Below, one piece after another: positions 13,847 to 27,072 of a stretch of DNA of 64,000 bases. The notes under the pieces were generated by a model. It was not told the DNA's origin. It did not search any database and saw only the letters and a program-made list of their open reading frames with translations. Made by a program: the position numbers and the translations under genes. The stretch is from positions 6,758-70,757 of the forward strand of contig JAQGDQ010001010.1 of the NCBI GenBank assembly GCA_030141605.1, given 5' to 3'. The DNA comes from Tubiluchus corallicola (lineage: Eukaryota; Animalia; Priapulida). Each line of letters begins with the position of its first letter. Position 1 is the first letter of the stretch.

Positions 13847-14275
13847 CAGTCATTTGCAAAAGTTTAAGAGCAAAGTGAATTTTTCATGAAAATTGAAAAC
13901 CATCGTTTAACATGGTTCCATCTAAAAACTATTCATTTATTCTTCTAGAAAAATATACTACAGCATAGTTTGTATGCTTTTATCCAAAAATAGTCACAGT
14001 CCTTGAACATTTTAGCACTTTGTATGGCTGCCGAAGTTGTCAATCACTGCCTTCATTCTAAGAGGCATACTGGAAATTAGGTTTTGGCAGTACTCGGAAG
14101 TAATTTCTTTAACCCAGACGTCCTTGATAACTCTTCGCAAGACTTCAGCACTTGATGGCTGCCTGTCTGACCACTAGCAGTACGATGCAATCAACAAAGA
14201 ATCTGATGCAATCAGGGTACAGTATGATGAAAAACCCAAAACTCGAGCTTGGTCTTAAACTTTTGCAAATGACTG
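13847..14275. mobile_element. Tc1/mariner-like MITE, copy 1
   Basis: TIR CAGTCATTTGCAAAAGTTTAAG with TA TSD. Confidence 0.88.
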
Positions 14276-15012
14276 TATAAAAATGGCAAAATTGATTTGT
14301 TGCTACCATGTTTATTTACATGCCAAGGAGCCGATTGAAGATAAAGACAGTCATCAGAAGGAATGCTTCTAAGTTTATGATTAAACAACACAGAAAATGC
14401 TTAAAGCACAACCGGACCTCGTCTTAAACTGCAGGTCAAAACAACCTAATCCTCAAAATATTGAAAGAAAACATACTATTTTTTCAAAAATGACTTACAT
14501 GAAAGAATACTGCCAAACAAACACAATTTTCACATTCGCGCCACTAGTTCATCACTGATACATGCATTTCGCCATTCGCTAGTTAGACGGACACTATCGC
14601 CTGCATTTCGGAAAGCGTCGAACAAAAAACAGGTGCTGTACCACTCACTTTAGATCTGTTAGTTTGTGATAAACTACACACGTTCGACAGCTCATGCGTG
14701 AGCACAGCGGCAAATTAGAAAGTTGAGTTTTTATCTTGAAACTTGTCTAGTTTTAGTACAACACGCTGAATCTGTCACAGTAGCACTGTACTTCAATCTT
14801 CGCAAACATGCGCGACACGCTCGTGGAACAGAATAACGCAATATGTACCGTTTTACTGCTTAGGCAAAAAAACTAGGTAAAAAAAGTTGTCGATAAAATA
14901 AAAAATAGCTGTGAACAAAGTAAAAAATCGTCGTTAAAATGAAACGTCGCTAAATGGGGAGTTGTTAAGCGAGGACTTACTGTATCGAGCACTGCAAAAT
15001 AATTTCACTTAC

Positions 15013-15206
15013 TTGGAAAATTTAAGCATCCGTTGATCTCAACGCGTCCAGCAAAATCATGCGCCCCCTTGTGCTCGAGTTTCTCCACTGCACCACCCAA
15101 ACCGAGACCCTTTTGGCCGACCATGACGAACGTGTCACGGTGCTGTAACTCTTTCACCAGAGAGCTGCCGAATTTCTGCAGCAAGTTACGCGAGTCTATG
15201 CTCAAC
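15013..15206 (-). CDS. Tandem-ILEI protein, exon 7 (end of ILEI domain 1: ...FGSSLVKELQHRDTFVMVGQKG...EINGCLNFP)
   Basis: Acceptor gacag|G and donor CCA A|gtaagt; the GS...L..RD.(W/F)V..G.K and E..GC motifs of ILEI are present. Confidence 0.93.
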
Positions 15207-15445
15207 CTGTCACAGATATGGCTTCATTAGTGACAAACATATAAACTTAAAAACTTAGAATTTAATGAAAAGTTTTGCAGAGATTTGACAAATGGAAACA
15301 AAGTGGTTAAACATTAAACTACAACTGGCGCCATCTAGATTACAATTGTAGAGTTATAATCAGGTAACAGCATGAGAATAGCTAACATTACACTAGAAAC
15401 TGTATCTACTTATTCCAATTGATTTAACCCCTTAACCCCATTCTA

Positions 15446-15877
15446 CAGTCATTTGCAAAAGTTTAAGACCAAAGTGATTTTTTCATGAAAATTGACAAAA
15501 CCATCGTTTAACACGGTTCCGTCTAAAAACTATTCATTTATTCTTCTAGAAAAATACACTACAGCATAGTTTGTATGCTTTTATCCAAAAATAGTCACAG
15601 TCCTTGAACATTTTAGTACTTTGTATGGCTGCCGAAGTTGTCAATCACTGCCTTCATTCTAAGAGGCATACTGGAAATTAGGTTTTGGCAGTACTCCGAA
15701 GTAATTTCTTTAACCCAAACGTCCTTGATAACTCTTCGCAAGACTTCAGCACTTGATGGCTGCCTGTCTGACCACTAGCAGTACGATGCAATCAACAAAG
15801 AATCTGATGCAATCAGGGTACAGTATGATGAAAAACCCGAAAACTCGAGCTTGGGCTTAAACTTTTGCAAATGACTG
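15446..15877. mobile_element. Tc1/mariner-like MITE, copy 2
   Basis: Near-identical to 13847-14275; TA TSD. Confidence 0.88.
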
Positions 15878-16052
15878 TAATAAAACTCTAAAGTGCAAAT
15901 CTTTGTTTAGATTTTGAGTTTCGTTTATTATGTGATCTATGCAGGCATCACAGGTCCACAAAAGCAACATGGAAGCTTTTTGGCATCATCCACTAAAACG
16001 TTTTGTGTTCTCAGAGCAAAAATTTTCCAATTTAAGGAAAAAACATCTCGCC

Positions 16053-16450
16053 CAGTGGCGACTCGTAGCTAAAATTACTGGGGGTGCTGCTTCAGAAATT
16101 TTCTAGCCATTTTTGCTTATAAATAATCTATGTTGCTACAGTTCAAGAATATCCCAGTACCGGGTTTTTAAACACGTGGCAACTGACGACAAACTGTGTG
16201 AGCGACAGTACTTTCTCTACCAAGAAGCAGATGCTAGCAGTGCAGCGTACAGCATATTATCTCAGACATGTGTGCACGGCCACATGAGCACAACAGCCAA
16301 CCACACCACTGTGCTAGGCTATGAAGCATACAGTACTACCCTCACGTGCTCAGGACTATACAAGTATAAAAGATTTGTTATACTGAATATTATCGATGTG
16401 AAAATAGGGGGCGCTGCAGTTCCACAGCGCCTATACATGACCCGCCACTG
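16053..16450. mobile_element. hAT-like MITE family A (internally deleted)
   Basis: TIRs CAGTGGCG...CGCCACTG and shared internal sequence. Confidence 0.82.
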
Positions 16451-16533
16451 ATTACGCTAATTGCACGTATATTAAACTGCCTGATTTCACTCCACATTTT
16501 TAAAATCAGTTATTTTTTTAACACAGTAATATA

Positions 16534-16980
16534 CAGTCAACCTCGAGTATAAGGTATAAGTGACCACCAACAACGGTTCCAATTTTTCGTAACGTTTTTC
16601 CTTATAAAAATCTTTGTACAGAAGGTACTCGGATATAAGGGACGATATCTTCATGTCCCGCATAATAGAAACCCAGGTATCTTAACTCGCATATAAGGGA
16701 CCCTATAATCAAAATGAAATTGATCGATTTTTAACCTTAATTTTTCGCAAACTCGACCTTCGAACAGCTCAGTTTCCGTGGTCACATACATCTCGCATCA
16801 CTGAAGGAGCTTCCTACATACCGTTTGCACTGAATGTGTAGCAATAATCCATAAAAATGTGGGTAAAAGTACAGGTCTAGATACGCTCTCGGTCTGACTC
16901 AACTCCGCCTATAAGGGACATCGGATACAAGGGACGATTTTTTCCGGTTCGGAGCTGTCCCTTATATCGGAGGTTGACTG
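16534..16980. mobile_element. pogo/Tigger-like MITE family B
   Basis: TIR CAGTCAACCTC, TA TSD, internal TATAAGGGAC repeats; homologous to 37402-37910. Confidence 0.85.
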
Positions 16981-17288
16981 TACTGCTCATTTTTTAAGTT
17001 CCATATTTAAATCCAATTCTCACACTTATGTATTAGTATAATTTTTCAACAGCTTGAAAGTTGATAGTAAAATAAATTAGTCAAACCTTGTTCTAACCTT
17101 TATAATGTCAACTTTATTCAATTCAGGAATTTTTTAGCAAAACAAAATATGTATACTTGCACAGACACAAATGTATTAATCCACCTCATCATAATGCCAA
17201 ACTCGCTAATATTTTTGCAGTCACAAAGTATATGGTAAAAAGAGGTTTCTAATTCAACTAACGGCAAAGGAGAGTAAAAATGTCTTAC

Positions 17289-17370
17289 TTCAGTGAACAA
17301 TCATCGAAACAAGCGACCAGAACTACCCAGTGGTCAGGCACTGACCTCAGTGTTTCTAAAAAATTCGTAT
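17289..17370 (-). CDS. Tandem-ILEI protein, exon 6 (DTNFLETLRSVPDHWVVLVACFDDCSLK)
   Basis: Acceptor ttgcag and donor AA|gtaaga; equivalent to the FAM3C segment FLKAI..GTIVLMGTYDDGATK. Confidence 0.9.
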
Positions 17371-18749
17371 CTGCAAAAGCACGTAATTATAATTACACTC
17401 CTTGTATGAAGTTCAAAAGTCTCATCAGAATCAATAATTCACTTATAGCACAAGAAAACCTTCCACTTACACAAAGTTTAAAAAATTCGTCTTGAAATTT
17501 TATATCACTTACATACTGTCTTTTTGCATGCAGGGCTTGCGTCAGCCGTAACGCTGAATAAAACGTGTAAATTTAAACTCCCGCGATGACTGTCAGACGC
17601 AACCATTTTGACGACAGGTCATTTGAAACAAGAATAGATAACATTTTGTAAAGTTTGAAAAAATAATCAGAGCATTCGTAATGCACAAGTCACTAACTAA
17701 ATAAAATTTAAAATTACTGCGGCTTGTCAATAAGATAAAAATAGTGAATGGTTAGTGAGTGGTGCACCCTGGAGGGTGAGTCAGCGACATTTTACCAATT
17801 GGTGAAAACATTTTAAATAATTAATAATTTGCTTTACTAGTTACATAAGCAACCATTTTGATGATAAGTCATTAATAATAAGTTTAGAAAAAAATAATCA
17901 GAGCATTCGTAGCATACATATTGCTCACTAAGTAAGATTTTAAATTACTGTATCTTGCCAACAAGATTAGAAATACATTTTTGGTTAGTGAGTGGCGCAT
18001 CCTGAAGGGTGAGTCGGCGACATTTTACCAATTGGTGAAAACATTTTAAATTATTATTTCTAGTTACATAAGTCTCTCAAGCAGGTAAGCAAAACGCTAA
18101 ATAATATAATTATGCATAGAAAATTTTTTGGGACATAATTTAACGATTACTCTTCTTCCCCTGATTTACGTTTGCATAGGTGACGTCATCTAATGGCGCC
18201 ATCGGAACAGTATTGCAGGAGATTTAAAATGAAAAGAAACAAAAAATCCTTTTAACGTGAGTACGATATACGCACTAAATTACTGTAAAGTAATATAATT
18301 TTTTAAGACGATTTTTTTGTATCCTACTCCAGGTGTCCTTTAAGGCAACAAATGGAATACCAGTGGTGTTATTACTTTGTCAATAATCATAGACAACAAC
18401 AATAATAATAATAACAATAATAATGGCAACAAAAATCATAGACGGATTCATAAAAAAGTAAAAGTGTAAATAACTATATATACACATACATGATAGTAAT
18501 TTTATATCTAAAATTTCAGTAGATGACTTGCAACATGATTATATCAGGTAAGTTATTATTTACGTGTATTACTTTTTCTTATCAATGTAATTATCACTGG
18601 TGGATTATGACGCCGGGGCGAGACCTGTATACATTACATTACATTACATAAGTAGTTTATATTGTCGTGATGAAGCTATTGAAGTGTCCTGTTTCGGATT
18701 GTACACAGAACAAGTGTGGGTAGAATAGTCGTAGTCGGCAACGGTGCTT

Positions 18750-18801
18750 AGAGAGGGCGGGGGAGAGGAGGCAGATGAAGGTAGAGAGAATGAGTGAGTG
18801 A

Positions 18802-18832
<31 letters not shown>

Positions 18833-18955
18833 GAGGGAGAGGGTGATGAAGTGAAGAAGAGGAGAGAGCGACAGCGATAGAGGGGGAGGGAGAGAAAGCG
18901 GTCGCAACAGGAAAGGAGTGAGACAAGGCAAGAGAGAAAGAGCGAGAAAGAGAGA

Positions 18956-18999
<44 letters not shown>

Positions 19000-19137
19000 A
19001 GGGGAAGGGAAGGGAGAGGGTGAGGAAGTGAAGGAGATGAGAGAGCGACAGCGATAGAGGGGGACGGAGAGAAAGAGGTCGAGACAGGAAAAGAGTGAGA
19101 AAAAGCAAGAGAGAGAAAGAGCGAGACAGAGAGAGAG

Positions 19138-19201
<64 letters not shown>

Positions 19202-19215
19202 TGAAAGAGAGAAAG
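18750..19215. repeat. (GA)n-rich low-complexity tract with an internal duplication of about 180 bp
   Basis: Direct reading. Confidence 0.9.
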
Positions 19216-20559
19216 ATTATTCATTTTAATAGATTTTCTTGGTGCAAATAAAGAAACCAAACTGTGCTCTGAACGCTACAGTTTACATCTTGGACCCTGA
19301 TGTGATATTTTTTGGGTTATTAATTTCTTATCAGATCGTCTTAGTACTTTTGATAAACAGCCACCAGGTGCCGCAAGTTTATGAAGCTGCCTTATTTACC
19401 TCACGTGCTTATTGTATCTTTGTTAAAGCTCTTCTACAATCTTCTATGTGAAGGTGTGCCACGTTGCTCACCAAAACACTGAAGAAGAAATCTATAATCG
19501 GTTTCCAAAGATCCGTTTTGTAAGAAGAATAAAAGTAGAATTCTTCGCTAAAAAATCCGTGAATCCACCTGTGATTCTCGTTGTTGCTGATATTTTGAAT
19601 AATGGATGCCAAATTGATTAAAACTTTATTACTTTGTCATTTATTACATTGTTGCATAATCCCTCAAAGAGTGAAATTATGTGTCAGAAAAAGCAAAGAA
19701 ATTGGTGATGCAGCTGCCTCACTGCAACATTATAGTATAGTGATAAACACTATTTGGTGCCTGCATAGCAAAATCGTCCATAAGATGGCAGTCAAGCTTT
19801 TCTAGTTGTTCACATATCGATAATAGCTCTCTGAGCTAATGTTAATTGTTGACCCAAAAGCTGACTTTAAATAAAGATTATTATTATTATTGACGGCTAA
19901 TAGAAAAAAAATGCCGCCCATTTGTACCTACAAAAATTGGTGGCATCTATGAAAAAATGCTGCCTTGAAAAGTAGTTCTTTGCCGGGCAAAAACAAAACA
20001 CTAAAGTCAAACTACAAAATAGTAAAACAAAAAAACTCGACTCTCAAGTTCCTCCTGATGATTCCAGAAACCCGTATTTGTCTTTTTGTTTTCCTTACTC
20101 CCTTCATAACACCTTTCCTTGCAAAATATTATAACTATACGTATACAAAATTTCTCTCCATGAATACAAGCTATTTTATGATTATAATTACACTCCTGCA
20201 AAAATGAGAATATAATCACCTCTCAAAAAACTAAAACTATAATATGTAAACCTACTCCCATGACCTTCTTTCTCCAAACTGTTTTTAGCGCTATCCTGTT
20301 CTTACTGACCTACCTAACTTTTCCTTTTTATTACATTTATTACATAATTCTTTTCTCTCTAGTACAAACTACATATACTAACAAATGCAAGGTGCCACTT
20401 GCTGGTCGGCTGCTGCTTTGCGATATGCTTCAGTGCAACCTGAAGACATGTGCTCGCATCTAGCATAGCCTCTTTGGTTATCGCATTTCCAGGACCAATT
20501 TTTACATTGGTTTTCATAAACAAAAAATCAATACTTTAATGTGAAAGAGTAAAACCTAC

Positions 20560-20610
20560 CGTCTTCAAAAGTATCGAACACTTTTGTTTTCTTCACCCTC
20601 TTTGTCTTAT
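20560..20610 (-). CDS. Tandem-ILEI protein, exon 5 (DKTKRVKKTKVFDTFED)
   Basis: Acceptor ttatag and donor G|gtaggt; FDT motif of ILEI; phase 1/1. Confidence 0.88.
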
Positions 20611-20669
20611 CTATAAAGTATAAACCATTTATTACATACCTGTGAATATTCGAAACAACTACACTCGTA

Positions 20670-21277
20670 TCTCGGCTTGCCAGACCTCGCTTTTACGGAT
20701 ATCGGAAAAATCGGACAAAATTTGACCGTTAAACGTCCCGCATATTACGGACACAGTCTATTGTTTCACAATATGATCGCTAGTTGGCGGGCCGTCACTT
20801 TGTTTACATCAGTGCAACCAAGCGGCGTGTAACAACACTGTGTAGCTTGCATGTCAGGAGGGGCCCGTATTAGATGTTTCGGAGACAATTAGATGATTTA
20901 TTCTACATTACCATGAGTCTAATACACATCGCCTGCTGTATTAGCTTAGTATCGGAAGATACGGACAAAATCTGGACCGTTAAAAGTGCTGCATATTACG
21001 GACACAGTCTGTTGTTTCACAAACTGACCGCTAGTTGGCGGGCCGTCACTTTGTTTACATTATAACATCAGTGCAACCAAGCAGCGTGTAATGACACGTG
21101 TGTAGCTTGTATGTCAGAAACGGCCCATACTGGACGTGTGTGAGACAATTGGGCGATTGATTCTACATTACCGTGAGTCTAATACACGGCACCTACAGTA
21201 TTAGCTTAGAATCGATAAATATGTTGAATTGGCAAATTCAGACCGATGTCTCCCAGCTTTTGTCTGGCAAACCGAGA
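20670..21277. mobile_element. TA-flanked MITE family C (TIR TCTCGG(C/T)TTGCCAGAC)
   Basis: TIRs, TA flanks and an internal tandem duplication. Relatives lie at about 8380-8780, 55093-55500 and 57140-57430. Confidence 0.75.
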
Positions 21278-21790
21278 TACGACTGTAACTTCTCACACGC
21301 AGAATACGATACACCAGCAAGTAAATGTGGATTTTCAACACTATAGACAGCATTTGTTCTCTAAGATCTTTGCCACGTACAAGCTGTTCAAGAAGAAATG
21401 TAAATTTCAATGTTTTTATCATTATGAAAAATTTGTGAGCCAACTTCTTCGCGGTAAAATGAAGCAGACGACTTTGAAGAAATTTTCATAACTTTTGCAA
21501 ATAAATAGACTTGTGTGATTTAGGAAAGTTTACTTTTTAATTTATTGCTAATTCACTTAAATATAAATTGGTATTTTAAAATATTTTTTCTAATTTTTAA
21601 CTGCACAAAGGAATTTAGGCATCACTTCGTTTCAAAATTTCATTAAAAACCTTTGCAATGTATACTAAGCTGGTGACTCATACTTCTATAGCAGTAATAC
21701 TACACCCATCAGTTAATAGGTTCAGTTGGTTAATTGGATCAAAACACTTCAGTCCCAAAGTGAGTTTATTAAGCAGTGCCTACTGTACTA

Positions 21791-22215
21791 CGGGATGCCC
21801 ACACTGTATCTCGACACTAGGCGGAGGAGCTGCACAAGCAGCCAACGGCTAGAGGGCGGAGGAGGTCAAGTGACCCAACGGCCATGTGTAGAGGAGTAAA
21901 CCTTCCAAATCAGGAATGGAGCCCCGAAGGTGGACCAGTCCAGCATGCTCGCTCACTCCGGCAGCTCCTGCAGCCAACCTGGTGCCAAACGTATCGCTCC
22001 GCTTTCCTTTGGACTACACCAGGGAGGAAGAGAGGGGGTTCCTGTTGTCTGGGCAACTCAGGATCTCCATATACCTTGCCCAGGCATACATCCTCCAGGG
22101 GTTCAAGGATCGGACTGCTCAGCCACAGTCGACGCTGCAGCTCCATCAATGTGATCAATAAACTGACTCTCTTGGCGCACACTCCATTATCTTCCGGGAC
22201 AGAAGGATGACAACA
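21791..22215 (+). mobile_element. Non-autonomous bipartite RTE-derived retroposon (headless relative of the 5S element)
   Basis: 9-bp TSD ACTGTACTA at 21782-21790 and 22216-22224; CAA tail; retains SRIGLLSHSRRC, which resembles the C-terminal zinc-finger end of RTE-clade ORFs. Confidence 0.85.
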
Positions 22216-22388
22216 ACTGTACTAAGACTGGCTTCGATTGTACATGCTATTGTATTCAGTCTTATTTATGTAAGTCCCTTATCTTTGCTATAATGCAAAT
22301 TAGATGATAATGTCTAGGGGTTAGTGGATCACTCTTACGAACAACACTGTTACGGAAAACGCGACGCTCGTACGATAAGAAAACCTAC

Positions 22389-22447
22389 CGTCTATTAGCA
22401 CAACATTTAGACCACGTCCAACGTTCTGTTTTTCTTGTGACATCAAC
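22389..22447 (-). CDS. Tandem-ILEI protein, exon 4 (LMSQEKQNVGRGLNVVLID)
   Basis: Acceptor ttttag and donor G|gtaggt; NVGRGLNV is the FAM3 NVGRG(I/L)N motif. Confidence 0.92.
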
Positions 22448-22593
22448 CTAAAACATAAAAATTGCAGAAACAAATGAACAAGTTTGTGTTAAAACAGACT
22501 TGTAAATAAGGAAAGCACTTGCAGTTTATGCTATTTTAGGGATCCCGCAGAATTTTAAAATAAATTCCCCCCCGACTTTTTCTTCACTAAATA

Positions 22594-22931
22594 CAGTCGA
22601 CCCTCGTTAAACCGGATCCCGTTAGCCCGGATATCGGATAAGATGGATGTCATCCGTGGTAAAGGAAACTGACCGATTTCCATCCGAACCAGAGCGCTAA
22701 ACACAACACGGTCTACCAACTGTACAATAATTTCTTTATCCTCACAGGTTAACTATTTTAAAGTAATATACAGTATAGTATATAGCGCACAGTATATAGT
22801 GCAATGTATATAGGCCTTATTAAGGTGATTATTCTTGTATAATATAGACCATATATAGGCATATTCGATAAACCGGAACAAACACTACCCCCCCCCACCC
22901 CCAATTAGTCCGGTTTAACGAGGGTTGACTG
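22594..22931. mobile_element. pogo/Tigger-like MITE
   Basis: TIR CAGTCGACCCTCGTTAAACCGGA with TA TSD. Confidence 0.85.
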
Positions 22932-23684
22932 TATTGATTTTCCATGACCAAGATAAGCAGAAATTGTATTACCAGTACACATATTCAAACATTTTTGTGT
23001 ATGGACATTCATACATATACTCATATACAATGTGTCGGCACAGTTGCAGTGGTGCTAATGAAATTACACTAATCACATTAAAATAAACTTTCTTAATCCA
23101 ATCATTATGGCAAATCGCTTAAAAAAATCTGGGTTCACGGTGATTATTTTTGCAGCCATTTTCAATTTCCCTGATTTTTTGCCCCATTTTCATCATTTTC
23201 CGGACTTTTTACCAAATAATTTTTTCTGTATTTTCAGCCACGTTATTTAACCGCTGTCTACTCTCAAATGTTAACGAAAGAGAATCCACTAGCTAGGTAA
23301 GTAAGATATATAGGTGGTTTCAAGCAACCGGGATGAGAATTTTCCGCGGATATTCCAAGTTTTTGGAAGACCAGTAGTGCCATTTTTGTAAATCGCGTAA
23401 ATTTGTTGAGAAAATTTTTACGGACCCAGTACATTATTTCACAAGCTGCCCGCTAGTTGGCAGGCCGTCACTTTGTTTACATCACGTACATCAGTGTAAG
23501 CACGTGTATATCTCCATGTATAGTTTTTAATGCAATCCACAACTCACACATGTCCTGTTTGATGCAGTATGACCCGGCAATGGTGGTGGAACTGGTACCA
23601 AGTTCACTGATAATCCTTCAAGATGAGACACAAAACTGGCAACAGTTCAAAAGTGAATACATTCTGCCTCAACTTGGTTAATGG

Positions 23685-23950
23685 CCAAAATAAGAAAACA
23701 ATGAAAATGCCTAGAGCAAATAACGAAGACAGGGACCACCTATCCATTCACTAGCCAAACTAGTCATGGCCTAACTGCCAAAATAAGAAAATCAATGAAA
23801 ATGCCTAGAGCAAATAACGAAGACAGGGGTCACCTATCCATTCACTAACCAAACTAGTCATGGCCTAACTGCCAAAATAAGAAAATCAATGGAAATGCCT
23901 AGGGCAAATAATGAAGACAGGGCTCACCTATCCGTTCACTAACCAAACTT
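23685..23950. repeat. About 91-bp tandem repeat, 3 copies
   Basis: GCCAAAATAAGAAAA...CACCTATCCATTCACTAACCAAAC repeated. Confidence 0.9.
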
Positions 23951-24059
23951 TAGTAGCTAAACCACACACAATATTACCACTTAGCCTTTCCAGTCCCCCA
24001 TTCCTAGCAAATACGTATTGTATGCTACATTTTCTAGGCGCTCATGCCCTAAAACTTAC

Positions 24060-24168
24060 AGTTTCCTGTCAAAACAGATAATCGGAGAAACATCCATGCC
24101 ATCTCCAGAGGCGACACGGTACATCTGTCCCTCCTTCTCACACTGCTCTTCTACCAAACAAGGCAAAT
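24060..24168 (-). CDS. Tandem-ILEI protein, exon 3 (DLPCLVEEQCEKEGQMYRVASGDGMDVSPIICFDRKL), start of ILEI domain 1
   Basis: Acceptor ttccag and donor CT|gtaagt; the C-x5-C...ASG...P.IC pattern matches the start of the FAM3C/ILEI domain. Confidence 0.88.
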
Positions 24169-24235
24169 CTGGAATGTATCGGCAATATGTGACAAACATT
24201 TTGATAAACTATTTTGATATATAGATTATACGTAC

Positions 24236-24283
<48 letters not shown>

Positions 24284-24806
24284 TATATATCAAAATATGT
24301 TATATATATATAATAGACGTTAATAATGATCATGATGTTGAGGAGGAAAACGACGATGAAGGCGACGACATTGACGATGGCATTGATGATGACAACAACA
24401 ACAACAACAACAACAACAGCAGCAGCAACAGCATAACAAGATAATAATAGCATAATAAGATAATTTAGACCGCCTTGATGATGGTAAAAAATTAGAACAG
24501 TTTTGTTGCACTGCTCTCAATTGGCTAGGTAAGCAAACCTTGTTGTGTGGTAAGGTAAATACACATGTCAGTGTTTAGTGTTCGTTGCTTTACAACTGAG
24601 CCGAGTGCAACCATTAGTGCAAACAGAACAAAAACAATATTTGACTCCTCGACCAACCGTACTCTACAGCTCAAAGTACGATCTTGGTTAAGTCAAGTTT
24701 GCTGTTAAGTGTCTAGGACTGGGCAGATATATTAACTTGACATCTGCCAAATGTCAACTAGAAACTAACTAACCATTCATTACTTCTCTACATCCGACAC
24801 TACAAA

Positions 24807-25404
24807 CAGTGGCGACTCATAGCTAAAATTAGTGGGGGTGCTGCTTCAGAAAATTTTTAGCCATTGTTTTAATACTGTGTAAAACGTAACAAACATATCT
24901 AATTTTAATGTTCTGGTTTTATTTGAAGATCGGGGGATGAACGGCCTCTTTTCTTAACTGCAACTTTCTCATGGAGAGACAACTGTGAAAAATTAACCTG
25001 TTGTAGGTCACTCACAGTCACAGAACTTATTTCTTGGGGATGCAAGGCGTCCATTAGTAAATAATTTATGTTTTAAGCACACACGCTAAGTTTACACTTT
25101 ATCACGTCCAAGAATCTGATGGTACACCGTAAGCACGTGGCAATTGTTACTGTGTAGGAGACAATACTTTTCTACCTGGCAGCAGACTCTAGTGTACAGA
25201 CGCTAGCTCAGACATGTGCACTACAGCTAAACACCACGTTGCTTGGGCTGTGAAGCAAACAATACTTCCTCCTGTGCTCTGGTTCCGTACAAGTATAAAA
25301 AAAAACTAACGAAAAAAGACTTATCATACTGAATATTACCGATAATAATGAGCGAAAACAGGGGGTGCTGCAGTACCACAGTACTGATAGACGAGCCGCC
25401 ACTG
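24807..25404. mobile_element. hAT-like MITE family A
   Basis: TIRs and TSD ACTACAAA/ACTATAAA. A partial fifth copy starts at about 41540. Confidence 0.85.
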
Positions 25405-25481
25405 ACTATAAATATAACAATCTCTCTTGTATAAAGATCTATAACTAAAACATGTGTGCTAGTGTTTGATATTTTACCCAC

Positions 25482-25640
25482 CTTCTATTAATCCTGGGCC
25501 CACGATGTTTAACTTTGACGTCTCTTCCAAAGATTTTTGTACTTTTGTCATTAGCGTTTCGCCGCTGCTCGACACGAACGCATACTGAGATGCAAAAATG
25601 CATGCAATGATGCACAGAACTATTACAATCATTCGATATC
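25482..25640 (-). CDS. Tandem-ILEI protein, exon 2 (signal anchor YRMIVIVLCIIACIFASQYAFV plus stem)
   Basis: Acceptor ttttag|GA and donor GAA G|gtgggt, phase 1/1; hydrophobic helix; lies inside ORF 25474..25683. Confidence 0.85.
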
Positions 25641-26074
25641 CTAAAAACAACAGGAGTAATTCAAAATAATGATTTAATTTCAAGAAAAAGTGATTAAACT
25701 AGTAATGCCATAAAATCCCATTGTTATAGCTGATGGTACAAATAATTTTCAAGTTTCTTTCACGTCTTTCAAGTGAAAACTAATCCTATTTTTAATAGCC
25801 GACGAAGTGAATAAAAAATGACTTCAGGGGAAATGAGTCTCTGAGCTTGTCTAGCCACCATTCGTTACAGGAAAGTAGGGCAGAGTAGTTATAAAAAAAC
25901 CACCAGGATAACGTCATACGAAATTTACAAGTCTACAGAGAAATATTTTGTAATTATAACGTTACTTCGATGCTCTTGTGTATGCCAAAAATGGTTTACT
26001 ATGCATAATAGTTGTACGTGTATTGTCTAATAGAAAAAGGAGCACTTCTGCTATTGGCATGCTTAGATTAGATT

Positions 26075-26700
26075 AGATTAGATTTAATAGATTTATTTTG
26101 CAATAAACATATACATTACATGTGCATCGATAATCAGTTTTTGTTAATACAAAAATATTATACAATTCATGAATTCTGCACTAGAGACCTAAGAAGCTAG
26201 CTTATGGTAGGCCACTAGAATTAGTTAAGAGAAAAATTACAATATATACGGATACAGTATTACAATATATACAAATATAAATACGGGTGGGAAGTAATAA
26301 AAATATTATTATACTAGAGGGGAAGTTTTTGAATACGAAAAACAACAAATCATGATTGAGTGATCAGTTACATGTTTCAATTAAGTTTAATTTATAATTT
26401 TTTTTAAATATGGACAGCGAGTTGGCATTTTTAATAGCTGGAGCAATTGAATTCCATATGTAAGGGCCATTGTATTTAATAGAAAATTTTCTAGCATTAG
26501 TGTTGCACTGTATGTAGTGATAGTTCAGTCTATAACGTGTGCCGTAATTATGTATCTCAGCATTCAAACAAAAATAATCAATAAATAAGAGAGGCAATAA
26601 TTTATGAGAGAATTTGTACATGAAAATGGCAGTTTCGAACTTATTAATGTCATAAATGTTTAGAAAGTTTAGTCTTTTAAATATTGGTGGTGTATGGGTC
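26075..26700 (-). mobile_element. CR1/L2-like LINE 3' fragment
   Basis: H.Y.TR...TNARKFSIKYNGP.IWNS...FKK C-terminal motif; (ATCTA)n tail. The 3' terminal part recurs at about 35490-35625. Confidence 0.7.
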
Positions 26701-27072
26701 TTTTAAATATTGTAGTCTCCCTCCCTCCTACTGACATCTTTTGAGCTCATGGGGTGAGACAGATTTTTTTGTGGCCGGCTCTACTGGAAAAGGAAAGACA
26801 AAAGAGTGATAGACTAATGGCCTCTCCTCATTGCATAATAAAGTTACAAATATACATGCTGTAACAATCATGTGCTGGGTCCGTAAAAATTTTCTCAACG
26901 AATTTACGCGATTTACAAAAATGGCACTAATGGTCTTCCAAGAACTCGGAATCCCACGTATCCGCAGAAAATTCTCATCCCTGAACAATCTATTCCTACG
27001 CTGTCAATCTTTTTCATTCTCCTGTAATGCACATGAAAACTAGACGTCAGTCAGTATAATATTTTAAATTAC

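Noticed and set aside
19230-20500. Coding-like stretch with several short ORFs
   Set aside because: No motif or consistent frame could be identified; probably a decayed TE.
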